In this document: positions 53,401-64,000 of the stretch, one piece after another | How positions within the stretch are numbered: position 1 is the first letter of the stretch | Layout: each line of letters begins with the position of its first letter | NCBI GenBank assembly: GCA_963770835.1 | Contig: CAVYRH010000003.1 | Span: 128,001-192,000 of the forward strand | Source of the DNA: an uncultured Pseudomonadota bacterium | GTDB lineage: Bacteria > Oederibacteriota > Muellerivitia > Muellerivitales > Muellerivitaceae | Length of the DNA stretch: 64,000 nt | Reading direction: 5' to 3' | Program-made: the position numbers and the translations under genes | The notes under the pieces: generated by a model | Told to the model about the DNA's origin: nothing | What the model saw: only the letters and a program-made list of their open reading frames with translations | The model's database searches: none

Positions 53401-54196
53401 CAATACCGGAACCTCGGCGGTTAACCTGAACCAGATCAGCATCAAGTTCTGGGTGGACGACACCACCGGCCAATCATTGGTGGGGGTGGTTAATTACGGC
53501 GGCAACTTCGGGCCTACCAACCAGGCCGTGAACGGCGTAGCCATTAATACATTCAACTTCTCGCCCGCCTGCGGGCCGGACGGGAGCCACCAGGCGAATT
53601 GGGAAGTCACGGTCTCCGACACCGATACGCGCACCCTTGCCGCCGGGACCACCTGGACGGGCATCCAGGCGCAGGTCCACATGGCCAACTACGGGAATTT
53701 CTCGAATGATTCCATCTGGTACAGCCCCTGCGGGATCGGTGGCGGAAGCACCTATACCAACGACCTGCATTACGCGGTCTATTACCAGGGGAACCTGGTG
53801 ACGGCCTCCGGCGGGGCGCCGCCGTCCTGCCGTCCCTTGCCCACTTGCACGCCCCATACGGGCGGTTCCGTGGCGGCCCAAGTGGTCGAGGCCCCCTCCC
53901 GGAAAACCGAATGGTCGGCGCTGGCCGTCCCGAACATTTCCCAGTTTGGCGAACCGGTCAAGTTTATGGTGAATTTGCAGGGACCCGCGCGAATCCAGCT
54001 GGAGGTTTACAGCTTGGCGGGTGAACTGGTTTACCAGGCTTCGTCGGTGGGAAGCGCCGGGGAGAATGCGATTCCATGGCAGCTTGAGAATTCCGCGGGC
54101 AGCCAGCTTGCCAGCGGCCTCTATATTTACCGGGTGGTGATCGATGACGGGACAACCACCCAGGCCCAAATCGGTAAAATCGCCGTCATCCGCTGA
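47497..54196 (+). CDS. Giant secreted protein (about 2230 aa): NHL repeats, two beta-propellers, Thr/Pro stalk, CBM3-like domain, FlgD/T9SS-like CTD; one +1 frameshift near 52849
   Basis: About 12 ADxxNNRVLIxN repeats; duplicated C..DNT.G domains; TPT repeats continue across the frameshift; C-terminal [16 protein letters not shown]. Confidence 0.8.
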
Positions 54197-54365
54197 CGTC
54201 CGAAGTTTGACGATCCTCGGGGGTTATTTATAAAAGCGCCTTTCTACCAAAGGGCGTATTTCCATTATTTTTCCAGCCTTTACACCCCCTCCCCCACAAC
54301 GTCCGAATCTTCGGGCCCAAGATCAAACGTTCAAGGGTAAAATATCTATTCTCTAACAAACCGTT

Positions 54366-57300
54366 TTGGGGTTAATTGTCCTTTCTCTATTTGAAAGGTT
54401 TTTTCCTTTGAATCGATTTTTTCTCAGAAAAATCCTTATAACCGTCTTCGGGATCGTTTCGTTTCCGCCGGCCTTGGCCCCCCTTTGGGCCTTTACCAAT
54501 AACCCCCTTGCCAACGTAGTCATCGGATACACCACCTTCACCCAAAGGGAAAGGTACGGCTCGGACGTCCTAGCCGACACCCTTTGGAGACCGGACCAGA
54601 TTTTCACCGACGGGACCAGGCTTATCGTCGCGGATACCACCAACTCTCGGGTCCTGATCTTTAATTCCATTCCCGCCAGCCTCGACGACCCGGCGGATGT
54701 TGTTTTGGGCCAGTGCGACGTCAATACGGGGGGAGACAGCGACCAGGGGTTGACCGCAACCCAAACTAATTTGGCTGGCCCCAAGGGCGCTTATTACGAT
54801 GGCACCCACCTACTTATCGCCGATACGTCCAATAACCGTGTCCTGATCTACAACAGCCTCCCCGCTTCCAGCTTCACCCCCGCCGACGAAGTCCTGGGGC
54901 AAACCACCTTTACCGCCAGTTCGGTCAACCAAGGGCATGGCGCGACGGCAGGAAACGCCCTTTATCTTTCCTCGCCCCAAGGAGTTTACAGCACGGGCAC
55001 GACCATCTTTGTCGCGGATACCGGCAACAACCGGGTCTTGATATTTGATTCCTTCCCGTCCTCTAACGACCCTGCCGCTAACCTCGCACTTGGACAGACG
55101 AACCCCAACAACCGCACGGCCGGCAACGGACAGGCCAGCCTCTCGGCCCCGCGCGGCGTTTACAGCGACGGGGTCTCGGTTTATGTGGCCGATAGCGGCA
55201 ATAACCGGGTTCTGATCTACGGGACCTGGCCCACCGCGAACGGCCCCCTGGCCAGCGTGGAAGTGGGGCAGACGGGTTTTGGACTCGGCTTGGCCAACCA
55301 GGGCCTTGCCGCGCCAACCTCGCAAACCTTGAGCAATCCTAACCAGGCGTGGGTTGCGGGGGGGAACCTTTTCGTCGCCGACACCGGAAACAGCCGTGTC
55401 CTTATTTATAACGGAATTCCTACTGTCAACGAAGCCGGCGCGAACGTGGTCGTGGGCCAGGCGGATTTTATCTCCAACCAGCCCAACGGCGGTGGTTCGG
55501 CGGGAGCCACTGTTTTGAGTACTCCCTTGGGTGTGGCCAGCGATGGGACCCATTTGTTTATTCCCGATTACGGAAATAACCGCATGCTCGTGTTTGACAG
55601 TATTCCTGTCACCAACGGGGCCTCCGCCGACTTGGTGGAAGGCCAGGCCGATTTCACCAGCACCCTGCCCAACCGCAACGGCGGCAGCGCCAATGGCATG
55701 AACCTTATCGTTCCCTCGGGCACTTTCTACGACGGGACCAACCTTTTCCAGGCCGATTCGCTCGACGACAGGGTCTTCATCTACCACAGCCTTCCCGCCA
55801 CCAACGGCGCTTCCGCGGACGTTGTGGTCGGCCAAAGCAACTTCACCACCACCAATTCGGGCTCGGGGCCGGCCAGCCTGAACATTCCCTACGGGCTTTA
55901 CAGCGACGGGAGCAACCTTTTCGTGGGGGACCGCGTGAATAACCGGGTCCTGATCTTCAACCCCATTCCCACTTCCAACGGGGCCTCGGCGGCCTATGAA
56001 ATCGGCCAGCCGGATTTCAACGGGACGACCGCCAACCAGGGCGGCGCCCCCACCTCCCTCACGCTTTATTCCCCCTTCAGCATCGCGGAGAAGGCGGGAT
56101 GGGTTTTTGTGGCTGATGGCGGCAACAACCGCGTCTTGATGTATTACGGGGTTCCCTCGGCCAATGACGCGGGCGCCAGCCTGGTTTTGGGCCAGGCCAG
56201 CATGGGCGCCACCCTGGCGAACCAGGGAACCACCCCCTCGGCCTCCACCATGGACGAGCCGGTCTTCGTCAGTAGCGACGGGGTCCGTCTTTTGGTCACG
56301 GATGGGCTCAATAACCGGGTCCTTCTCTTCAATAACATTCCCGCGGCAAACGATACGCCGGCGGACGTGGTCATCGGCGAACCCGACATGGCCACCACCA
56401 CGACCAACCAGGGGCTCGGGCGCCCGACTGCCCAAACCCTGAACGGGCCGACGGGAGCCTGGCTGGATGAGGGGAGGATTTATATCGCGGATTACTCGAA
56501 CAACCGGGTGCTGGTTTACAACAGCATTCCCGTTACCAACAACGCCCCCGCCGACGCAGTGATCGGGCAGGCTTCCTTCAGCGCCAATGCTGCTAACGAA
56601 GGGGCCTGCGTGAACCAGGGGAGTTTCTTCGAGCCACTATCCGCTTTCTACGGGAGCGGGAAGCTTTTCGTGAACGACTGGTTCAACATGAGGGTGCTGG
56701 AGTTCAACGACCCCAACCCGCCCCCCACTTCGACGCCCACCGCCACTGCCACAAACACTCCCACCCCCACTCCAACCAACTCGACCACACCGACGGCTAC
56801 CAGCACCTCCACGGGAACGCCAACGGGAACTCCCACGGATACCGCCACAAATACGCCCAGCAATACCGCGACCAACACCCCAACCGATAGTCCCACGAAC
56901 ACCGTGACCGCCACTCCCAGTTACACAACTACGGGCACTTCAACCGGAACATCCACCGATACCGCCACTTTGACCCTTACCGGGACTTCCACCAGCACGG
57001 CGACCCTGACTCCGACAAGCACCCCCTCGGCTACGGCAACCCTGACCCCAACGGATACGCCCACCGGCACGCCGACCAATTCAGCCACAAGCACCCCTAC
57101 TAACACGGAAACCAAAACACCGACGGATACGCCGACGAATACGCCGACGGACACTTTGACCCCAACTTCAACCTTTACGCCGACGGATACGGCGACGCTT
57201 ACCCCCACGGGGACAGCTACAGCCACGGCCACCAGCACCCCGACGAACAGCGCCACTAGCACGCCAACGGGCACCCCGACAGACACAGCCACCAGCACGG

Positions 57301-58892
57301 CCACCGGGACTCCCACAGGCACGGCTACCCTTACTCCGACAAGCACTTCCACGGCTTCGGCGACCCTGACACCCACCCTTACCCCCACCGCCACGGCCAG
57401 CTTCACTCCAACTCAAACTTTGACCAACAGCCCAAGCTTCACCCCGACGGCCACACCTAGCCTCTCCCCAACCTCAACCACCACCTCCACTACTACCATC
57501 ACCCCCACGGCCACCGCGACCCTTTCGGCCACCAGCACGGCCTCGGTGACACCGACCGGAACCCCCACCGCCACCTTCATCTTCAGCGCCACCAATACCC
57601 CCACCCTCACGCCTTCGGGCACACCCACGCTTACGGCCACCGGAACCCCCACGGGAACACCCACTTTGAGCCCCACCGCGACCCCGAGCGCGACGGCGAC
57701 GTTCACGCCCACCCTCACTCCCACGGCGACGGCCAGCTCGACTCCCACTTCCACCAGCACCCTCAGCCCCACGGCCACCCCGACCCTTACTGCCAGTTCC
57801 ACGCCCACCGGCACCACCACCCCGACTGAAAGCTTAACGGACACCCTCTCACCCACTTCAACGGCGACTCAAACTTCCAGTTTCACGGCCACCTTGAGCC
57901 CCACCGCGACCCCGAGCGCGACGGCGACGTTCACGTCCAGCCTCACTCCCACGGCGACGGCCAGCCCGACCCCCACTTTCACCTGCACGTCCAGTCCCAC
58001 GGCCACCGCCACCCTTTCGGCCACCCGCACCCCCTCGGTGACACCGACCGGAACCCCCACCGCCACCTTTATCTTCAGCGCCACCAACACCGCGACGTTT
58101 ACGCCTTCGGGAACGGCCACGCTTACGGCCACCGGAACCGCGACCTCCACTCAAACCCTGAGCCCGACGGGTTCCTCCACGCTCACCCCCACGCCGACAG
58201 CGTCCCTTACCCCTTCCGCTACGCCTTCGTCCACGGCCAGCGGTACGCCGACCAATACATTGACGGCTTCACCGTCAAGTACTGCTTCGCGGACGGCCAC
58301 TTCTACGTTGACGGCTACGCCGTCAAGTACTCCTTCGGGCACCCCGACCTTGACGGCCACCAAGACGCCCAGTTCCACACCCACCCTGTCGCCGACGCCT
58401 TCCGCGACGCCGACAGGAACGCCTTCTTCCACGCCCACCGCTTCGACCACCTCAAGCCCCACCCGGACGGCCACCCAGAGCCCCACGGGGACCCCCGGCA
58501 ATACCGCCACCCCGGCGCCCTCGGCCACGCCCAGCCCCATTCCCACCGTCACCTCCACGCCAACCATCACTCCTACCGGAGGCCCCACGGCTACTCCCAC
58601 CCCGGGGGCGATCCTGGTCCTGGGGGCCAACGAGTTCGATGAAATCTCCGGCCCGCCATTGCCCATCTACTATGAGGTCCCGCAGGAAGGGGAAGTGCAG
58701 GTCCGGATCTATAGCCTCGTCGGCTGGCCCATCCGCCATTTGGTGGATGCCCCCCTGTCCGCCGGCGCCGGCACGGCTTATTGGAACGGAAAAGACGACA
58801 CCGGGGCACTGGTGGCCTCCGGCCTCTACCTGGTGGTCCTCACCGAGCCCGGGGCCAAGGAGATCCGGAAGGTGCTTGCCCTGGAGAAATGA
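54366..58892 (+). CDS. Large secreted NHL-repeat protein with Thr/Pro stalk and FlgD-like CTD
   Basis: NHL repeats paralogous to the upstream gene; [22 protein letters not shown]. Confidence 0.85.
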   Translation: MGLIVLSLFERFFPLNRFFLRKILITVFGIVSFPPALAPLWAFTNNPLANVVIGYTTFTQRERYGSDVLADTLWRPDQIFTDGTRLIVADTTNSRVLIFNSIPASLDDPADVVLGQCDVNTGGDSDQGLTATQTNLAGPKGAYYDGTHLLIADTSNNRVLIYNSLPASSFTPADEVLGQTTFTASSVNQGHGATAGNALYLSSPQGVYSTGTTIFVADTGNNRVLIFDSFPSSNDPAANLALGQTNPNNRTAGNGQASLSAPRGVYSDGVSVYVADSGNNRVLIYGTWPTANGPLASVEVGQTGFGLGLANQGLAAPTSQTLSNPNQAWVAGGNLFVADTGNSRVLIYNGIPTVNEAGANVVVGQADFISNQPNGGGSAGATVLSTPLGVASDGTHLFIPDYGNNRMLVFDSIPVTNGASADLVEGQADFTSTLPNRNGGSANGMNLIVPSGTFYDGTNLFQADSLDDRVFIYHSLPATNGASADVVVGQSNFTTTNSGSGPASLNIPYGLYSDGSNLFVGDRVNNRVLIFNPIPTSNGASAAYEIGQPDFNGTTANQGGAPTSLTLYSPFSIAEKAGWVFVADGGNNRVLMYYGVPSANDAGASLVLGQASMGATLANQGTTPSASTMDEPVFVSSDGVRLLVTDGLNNRVLLFNNIPAANDTPADVVIGEPDMATTTTNQGLGRPTAQTLNGPTGAWLDEGRIYIADYSNNRVLVYNSIPVTNNAPADAVIGQASFSANAANEGACVNQGSFFEPLSAFYGSGKLFVNDWFNMRVLEFNDPNPPPTSTPTATATNTPTPTPTNSTTPTATSTSTGTPTGTPTDTATNTPSNTATNTPTDSPTNTVTATPSYTTTGTSTGTSTDTATLTLTGTSTSTATLTPTSTPSATATLTPTDTPTGTPTNSATSTPTNTETKTPTDTPTNTPTDTLTPTSTFTPTDTATLTPTGTATATATSTPTNSATSTPTGTPTDTATSTATGTPTGTATLTPTSTSTASATLTPTLTPTATASFTPTQTLTNSPSFTPTATPSLSPTSTTTSTTTITPTATATLSATSTASVTPTGTPTATFIFSATNTPTLTPSGTPTLTATGTPTGTPTLSPTATPSATATFTPTLTPTATASSTPTSTSTLSPTATPTLTASSTPTGTTTPTESLTDTLSPTSTATQTSSFTATLSPTATPSATATFTSSLTPTATASPTPTFTCTSSPTATATLSATRTPSVTPTGTPTATFIFSATNTATFTPSGTATLTATGTATSTQTLSPTGSSTLTPTPTASLTPSATPSSTASGTPTNTLTASPSSTASRTATSTLTATPSSTPSGTPTLTATKTPSSTPTLSPTPSATPTGTPSSTPTASTTSSPTRTATQSPTGTPGNTATPAPSATPSPIPTVTSTPTITPTGGPTATPTPGAILVLGANEFDEISGPPLPIYYEVPQEGEVQVRIYSLVGWPIRHLVDAPLSAGAGTAYWNGKDDTGALVASGLYLVVLTEPGAKEIRKVLALEK

Positions 58893-59037
58893 ACCGCCTT
58901 CAAGCTTATACGGACAGTTTGAAAGCCCTCCGCCTGTCCCCCAAAGCGCTCCTTTTTTGTCCCCACGGGGGGCGCCCTTCCACCCCGGGGGCCAAAAGCC
59001 ATTGTGGGGGCCCCCCGGGGGTGATAAGATATGGCCC

Positions 59038-60231
59038 ATGTTTCGGTTAACCCGGAAATACTTCACCTTAACCCTACTGATTTCGGGACTCCTCACCGCT
59101 ACGGCTAAAGCCGAGAACCGCGGCGACCAAATCAGCTTGAGCCTGGACGCCCTGGGCCAGGGAATCTTTTTCCAAACTCCCACGGAAACCTCTTCTTACG
59201 GCGGTTTCGGCGGACAGGTCTTCCTCGATTGGCGCCCCTACCGGGTCATTTCCCTCGGCTTCGGCGGGCAGTATGCCTATTACCCCATGACGTCCAGCTT
59301 CCGACTCACTTCCTTCGACTTGGGTGGCCGCATTTTCCCGGCGGGCGCCTTCTCGCCCCAGGGGGAGTTTTATCTCCAGGGCGGGGTGGGCCGGATGCTG
59401 ATCATCAACCCCGGCAATTACCCCGGCCATTACCACGGCTACGCGGGGCTCGGTTGGCGCCAGTTTTTGGGAGGGGACATGGCCCTGGACCTGGGCGGCC
59501 AATACGATTTCTTTTCTCCCATCGGCTTGCCCCTCAACGGGGCCTCGGCCAAGCTGGGATTGACTTTCCTTTTCGGGAGGGACGACTGGTCCGAACCCAA
59601 AGCCTCCCGCATGATGCGGCCCCGCACCCTTTCCATCGGCGCCGATTGGCGCGGGCCTTCCACTTTCACTTGGACCAAGGAAAAGGACCTGCGCACCGTG
59701 GCCTTCGAGGTTTACGGGGATGAGGGCCTTTACCCCCTCATCGTGGACGCCAACAAGGACCTGATCGCCCGGGCGGGTTTGAGGCCGGGGGAGGTCTTGA
59801 ACATTCCTCCGCCGCCCAAGACCGCCGGGGAAGTCGACCGCGTCGAGGATTTAGCCTTCAGCAATTACCGTTATATGGAGTGGGAGCAAAAGAGCGAGGG
59901 CATCATTCCCCAGCCCTTCAACCCCGGCGTCACCACTTACCGTTGGAAAGAAAAAGACAACCTAGCCTCCCTGGCCCAAAGGCTTTACGGCGACGAGGAC
60001 CTTTATCCGCTGATCGTGCAGGCCAACGAGGACCGGCTCATCCGGCCCGACAACTTGGTGGCGGGAAAAGTCCTCAAGATCCCGCGCCTTCCCGCGGATA
60101 ACCTCTTGGATGGCGTCCGGGACGAAGCCCTGAACGACCCCCATTACCTCTGGTGGCGCAATGTCAGTATGGAAGAAAAAGAAGACATCGTTCCCATGCA
60201 CATGCAGGCCCCCGCCGACGACGAACCCTGA
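59038..60231 (+). CDS. Outer-membrane beta-barrel fused to two LysM-like domains
   Basis: Signal peptide, alternating Gly/aromatic strands, duplicated A..YGDE.LYPLIV.AN modules. Confidence 0.65.
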   Translation: MFRLTRKYFTLTLLISGLLTATAKAENRGDQISLSLDALGQGIFFQTPTETSSYGGFGGQVFLDWRPYRVISLGFGGQYAYYPMTSSFRLTSFDLGGRIFPAGAFSPQGEFYLQGGVGRMLIINPGNYPGHYHGYAGLGWRQFLGGDMALDLGGQYDFFSPIGLPLNGASAKLGLTFLFGRDDWSEPKASRMMRPRTLSIGADWRGPSTFTWTKEKDLRTVAFEVYGDEGLYPLIVDANKDLIARAGLRPGEVLNIPPPPKTAGEVDRVEDLAFSNYRYMEWEQKSEGIIPQPFNPGVTTYRWKEKDNLASLAQRLYGDEDLYPLIVQANEDRLIRPDNLVAGKVLKIPRLPADNLLDGVRDEALNDPHYLWWRNVSMEEKEDIVPMHMQAPADDEP

Positions 60232-60305
60232 TTTAAAGGGGAGCCAAATCCTCGCCTGCCAGCCGGTTTTTCAACCCTCATGAGATGTCCCTTTTGAGAA
60301 AAACA

Positions 60306-60390
60306 CCCCTCACCCTACCCTCTCCCGCAAGGGGCGAGGGTTTCCGCGATATTTGCCCCTCTCCCTTGACGGGAGAGGGCGGGGTGAGGG
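60306..60390. repeat. CCCTCACCC element, copy 4
   Basis: Near-identical to 6302-6384. Confidence 0.9.
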
Positions 60391-60392
60391 TG

Positions 60393-61118
60393 ATGAAGGA
60401 GCCCGTTGTGAGTAATAAATTTCTTTGGTTGCCGGCCCTCCTGCTGTTGGCGTTTTTTATTTCCTCCGCCCGGGCCGACGAAAACGACCAGCAGTTCAGC
60501 GTGAACCTCGACTTGCTCGTCTCCGGGGCTTTCTCCTCCGCCCCCGGCCCGGGCTTGGCGGGCGGTTTGGGGGCGGCGGCCTTCGGGGATTGGCGCCCCG
60601 TTCCCTTTCTCTCCCTGGGGACGGGCCTGGACTTCGCCGAATATCCCGGAGGGAACTGGCAGACCTCCTCCTGGAGCCTGGGCGGCCGCCTGTTTCCCCT
60701 GCCCATGGAAAAAACCGGGGAATGGTACCTCCAGGGAACGGGGGGGCTGGACTTCATCACCCAAAGCCTGGACAAGCGTTGGCCGGGGAACGGGCACTTG
60801 ACCGCAGGCGTTGGCTACCGGCTTTTCCAGGGCCCAGGGACCGCCCTGGACCTGGGAGTCCAGTACGATTTCTTCACCCCCGCCCACATGCCGCTGGAGG
60901 CCCTGGGCCTGAAGGTGGGCTGGACCTGGCTTTTTGGCAAGGTACCCACCCCGCCTCCCACGGTTTGGACCTCGCCCCTCCTCTCAGCGCCGGCAACGGT
61001 TGAATCGGCCCCGGTGACGGCGCCTTCGGAACCGGTTTCCGCGGCCAAAAAGAAGTCAAAAAAACACAGGCCACCCACTCCCACCCCCACGCCGGGAGAC
61101 CCTTACCTATTTCCCTAA
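60393..61118 (+). CDS. Outer-membrane beta-barrel protein with Pro-rich tail, paralog of the upstream barrel
   Basis: Shared DWRP..SLG, LGGR.FP, YLQG..G, ALDLG.QYDFF motifs. Confidence 0.65.
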   Translation: MKEPVVSNKFLWLPALLLLAFFISSARADENDQQFSVNLDLLVSGAFSSAPGPGLAGGLGAAAFGDWRPVPFLSLGTGLDFAEYPGGNWQTSSWSLGGRLFPLPMEKTGEWYLQGTGGLDFITQSLDKRWPGNGHLTAGVGYRLFQGPGTALDLGVQYDFFTPAHMPLEALGLKVGWTWLFGKVPTPPPTVWTSPLLSAPATVESAPVTAPSEPVSAAKKKSKKHRPPTPTPTPGDPYLFP

Positions 61119-61203
61119 CGTCGACGGGGTCGGAGTTTTCCGGGCCCAAAAATTTGAAAACTATTCATCCTTTTAAAAGGTTTAAGCGATAAAATAGCTA
61201 TCC

Positions 61204-61944
61204 ATGAACGCCTTGTCGAACGCCCATCCACACCTACCGCGCTTGCTGGCCGGTTTTTTGGCTCTCTTGATCGCCATTCCCCCGACCCTTTGCTGGGCGG
61301 ATTCCTCCGCTTCGACTCCTTCCCCCAAGGGTGTAAATAACTATCCCACGCTGGTCATCGGCCCGGGCGATCTCCTGACCATTTTCGTTTACGGCGAAAA
61401 CGGGCTGGTGGGCTCGGGTGGGGGGGCGGGAGCCCTGGACCAATTGCCCACGGACTACCAGGTGGACTCCGACGGCGTCATCGTGTTTCCTTTCCTGGGC
61501 CGCGTGAAGCTCACGGGCCTCACGCCGGTGGAAGCCAGCGAGAAGATCGCCGGGCTTTTGTCGAAGCCCCGCAAGGTCTCGGTGCTGGTGAAGGCCTCCA
61601 CCACCTTTTGGGTTTCGGTATTGGGGAATGTCAGCAAACCGGGGAAGTACCAAATCCAGGGGCGGCCCACTTTGCTTTCGGCCTTGGGCGAGGCCGGCGG
61701 ACCCCTGCCCGACACGGACATGGGAGGGGCCATCCTGCTGCATGGGAAGGCGAAGACCAGGGTGGATTTGGACAAGTACTTGAGGGATACGGGGGTTGAG
61801 GTGGATGACCCTTACCTTTACCCGGGCGATACGCTTTTGGTGCAAAAAAGCGCCTGGCCCTCGATCAGCGACTGGGCCATCATTGCCAGCATCCTGGCCA
61901 GCGGGGCCATCATCACCGTGGAATTGAGCACCCTCCACCACTAA
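61204..61944 (+). CDS. Polysaccharide export protein (Wza/OPX family)
   Basis: IGPGDLLTI, VDSDGVIVFPFLG (PES motif), SLBB VLGNVSKPG. Confidence 0.85.
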   Translation: MNALSNAHPHLPRLLAGFLALLIAIPPTLCWADSSASTPSPKGVNNYPTLVIGPGDLLTIFVYGENGLVGSGGGAGALDQLPTDYQVDSDGVIVFPFLGRVKLTGLTPVEASEKIAGLLSKPRKVSVLVKASTTFWVSVLGNVSKPGKYQIQGRPTLLSALGEAGGPLPDTDMGGAILLHGKAKTRVDLDKYLRDTGVEVDDPYLYPGDTLLVQKSAWPSISDWAIIASILASGAIITVELSTLHH

Positions 61945-61964
61945 CGCAAGCGGAACGGAAGATT

Positions 61965-63666
61965 ATGGAAGCGAACCTTACAACCCAAAGCGAACCCAAT
62001 TACCAAGGCGCCCCCAATGGCGGCGAGGAAGACCTGAACCTGCAGGACCTGGCCCGCGTGGCCCTTTCCCACCGGCGGTTCATCGGCCTGGTGTCGCTGG
62101 CTTTCCTGGCGATGGGGATCGCCTACGCCTTCCTCTGGCCCAAGACCTACGAGGCCACCACCACCGTCAAGGTGCCGGATATGTCCCAGACCGCCCAGGG
62201 CATGCTGCGCCAACTGGTGCCCATGAGCGGCAGCGGCGACCCCATCGAGACCTACGTGGAAATCTGCCAGTCCCAGTCGGTGGCCCAGCAGGTCGCCCAA
62301 GCCCTCAAGCTTTCCGCCCAGCCCGAGTACGCGGACCTGACGGACCAGGAGACCGCGAAAAAACTCCTGAAGGGCACGGTCAAGGTCACCAACGTGAAGA
62401 CTTCCAATATCCTGTCCATCGCGGCCAAGTCCAACAATCCCCAGCTGGCCACCGACATCGCCAACGCCTGGGCCCAGGCCTTCATCCAGGTCAACCTGGA
62501 CCTCTCCCACAAGGGCGCCGAGTCGAAGAGGGAATTCCTCGAGGGCCAGGCGGCGGAAATGAAACAAAGGCTCACCAACCCGGACCTGCGCCTGAACGAC
62601 GAATCCAAGGCCGACGAGCTCATCTATGCCCAGCTCCTGCAGGACCTCCAACAGGCCCAGATCGAGGAAAAGGTCAACGACGCGGGCATCGTGGTGGTGG
62701 ACAAGGCCTCGGTGCCGGAAAAACCCATTTCCCCCAAAAAGTTGCTTTCCCTGGTTCTCTGCCTGTTGTTGGGCCTGTTCGCCGGTGTCCAAGGCGCTTT
62801 CCTTTTGGAGAAGTTCCAGGACCGGGTCAAGAACGAGGAACTGCTGAAACAAGTGACGGGTCTTTCTAATTTCGCCGTGGTGCCGGACTTCCGGGAGGAT
62901 TATCCCGAGGGCATGAACCTTCCCAGCCACTGAGCGGTTCAACCCCAAGTTCCTCATCCATAACCCCGTCTTCCAACACGCCTTCTACCGGGAAAGCTTC
63001 AACGTCCTGCGCACCAACCTCACCTTCGCGCAGGCGGGCAATCCCTTGAAGGCCCTGGGGGTGCTTTCGCCGGGCCCCGATGAAGGCAAGACCCTGGTGA
63101 ACGCCAACCTGGCCATCGCCCTATCCCATGGGGGCAAGAAAACCCTGCTGGTGGATACGGATTTCCGAAAATCCTCGGTGCGAAAGGCCTTCGGGCTGGA
63201 AAACGGCATGGAAACCGGCCTGCCCCTGGCCCTCACCGGCCAAAAGCCCTGGAAGGAGATGCTGCGCCCCTCGGGCGTGGAAAACCTGGACCTCCTTCCC
63301 AACACCGTGACGCCGCCCAATCCGGCGGAGCTTTTGGGCAGCGAAACCATGAAAAAGCTCATCGGGGAAATGAAGGCCGCCTACGACTTCGTGGTCTTCG
63401 ACGGCGCGCCCCTTTTGGCCGTGACGGACTCGGTGGTTCTTTCGACCCTCCTGGACGGCGTGGTGCTGATGGCCTGTTTCAACCAAACCCGCTCCTCCAA
63501 TATCCACCGGGCCCTGGAACAACTGCGCCGGGTGGGCGCCCATGTGGTGGGCACGGTCCTCAATTACGTCCCCGTGAAACAAGGGTTTTACGGTTACGGC
63601 TATGGATATGGCTACGGCCATTACCGTTATGATTCGGAACCTTCCGAGGAAAAAGTAAAGAAGTGA
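61965..63666 (+). CDS. Polysaccharide co-polymerase / BY-kinase (Wzc family), one +1 frameshift near 62922
   Basis: Wzz-like N-half, ESFNVLRTNL, Walker A PDEGKT, VDTDFR, PPNPAELL, C-terminal YGYGYGY cluster. Confidence 0.85.
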
Positions 63667-63674
63667 GGGTCCAG

Positions 63675-64000
63675 ATGGCGTCCACGACTGAAAAAAATCC
63701 ACCAAAACAAGCATCGGAAAACTCCTCAAAAATAAACGGGGAAAGATCCTGGAACTCGCCCGCCTGCACGGCGCCAGTGAAATAAAGGTGTTCGGTTCCG
63801 TGGCCCGTGGGGAGGCGGACGATCAAAGTGACGTGGATTTCCTGGTCCGCATGGAACCCGGGCGATCCCTGTTCGATATGGGCGGACTTTTGATGGATTT
63901 GGAACATCTCTTGGGCCGTCCGGTGGACGTGGTGACCGAGAACGGACTTCGGGACCGGATCAAGGAAAGGGTCCTCCGGGAGGCCGTGCCGCTGTCAAAA
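63675..64000 (+). CDS. Minimal nucleotidyltransferase (MNT antitoxin-like), partial; start needs a frameshift at the A7 run 63691-63697
   Basis: Frame from 63692 reads ...VFGSVARGEADDQSDVDFLV...VDVVT to the window end; not in the ORF track. Confidence 0.8.

Noticed and set aside
51990..58610. Long repetitive tracts as a CRISPR array or non-coding repeat
   Set aside because: They are in-frame Thr/Pro codon repeats with no constant repeat-spacer period, and no cas genes are present

Overview
Chromosomal window from a moderately GC-rich diderm bacterium. Its Thr/Pro-rich secreted proteins with FlgD/T9SS-like C-terminal domains suggest an uncultured lineage, but that is inference only. Core genes are dut, hisS, aspS, phoH-ybeY-CNNM-PHP-era-pyk, a PyrR-attenuated pyrR-pyrB-pyrC-carA-carB operon, cobO, csp, queE-queC and wza-wzc. 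The window also holds glycoside hydrolases (GH5, GH36, CBM-GH5-like) and two giant NHL-repeat surface proteins. Accessory DNA sits at core-gene junctions. Between hisS and aspS lie a tandem-ParB gene split by an IS5, a HEPN/AbiU2-like gene split by a tnpA-only IS200/IS605 element, and a PIN toxin pair. The most striking feature is between carA and carB: two related 2TM+Zn-ribbon genes are separated by an in-frame 35-codon chimera of the carB 5' end and a synonymously diverged carA 3' end, suggesting recombinase-free cassette stacking. At least five families of short palindromic or multi-hairpin elements occupy gene junctions, some as half-elements and one in frame inside carA. Several single-base frameshifts (carB x4, a giant adhesin, wzc) look like sequencing errors. 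No rRNA, tRNA or CRISPR array was seen.
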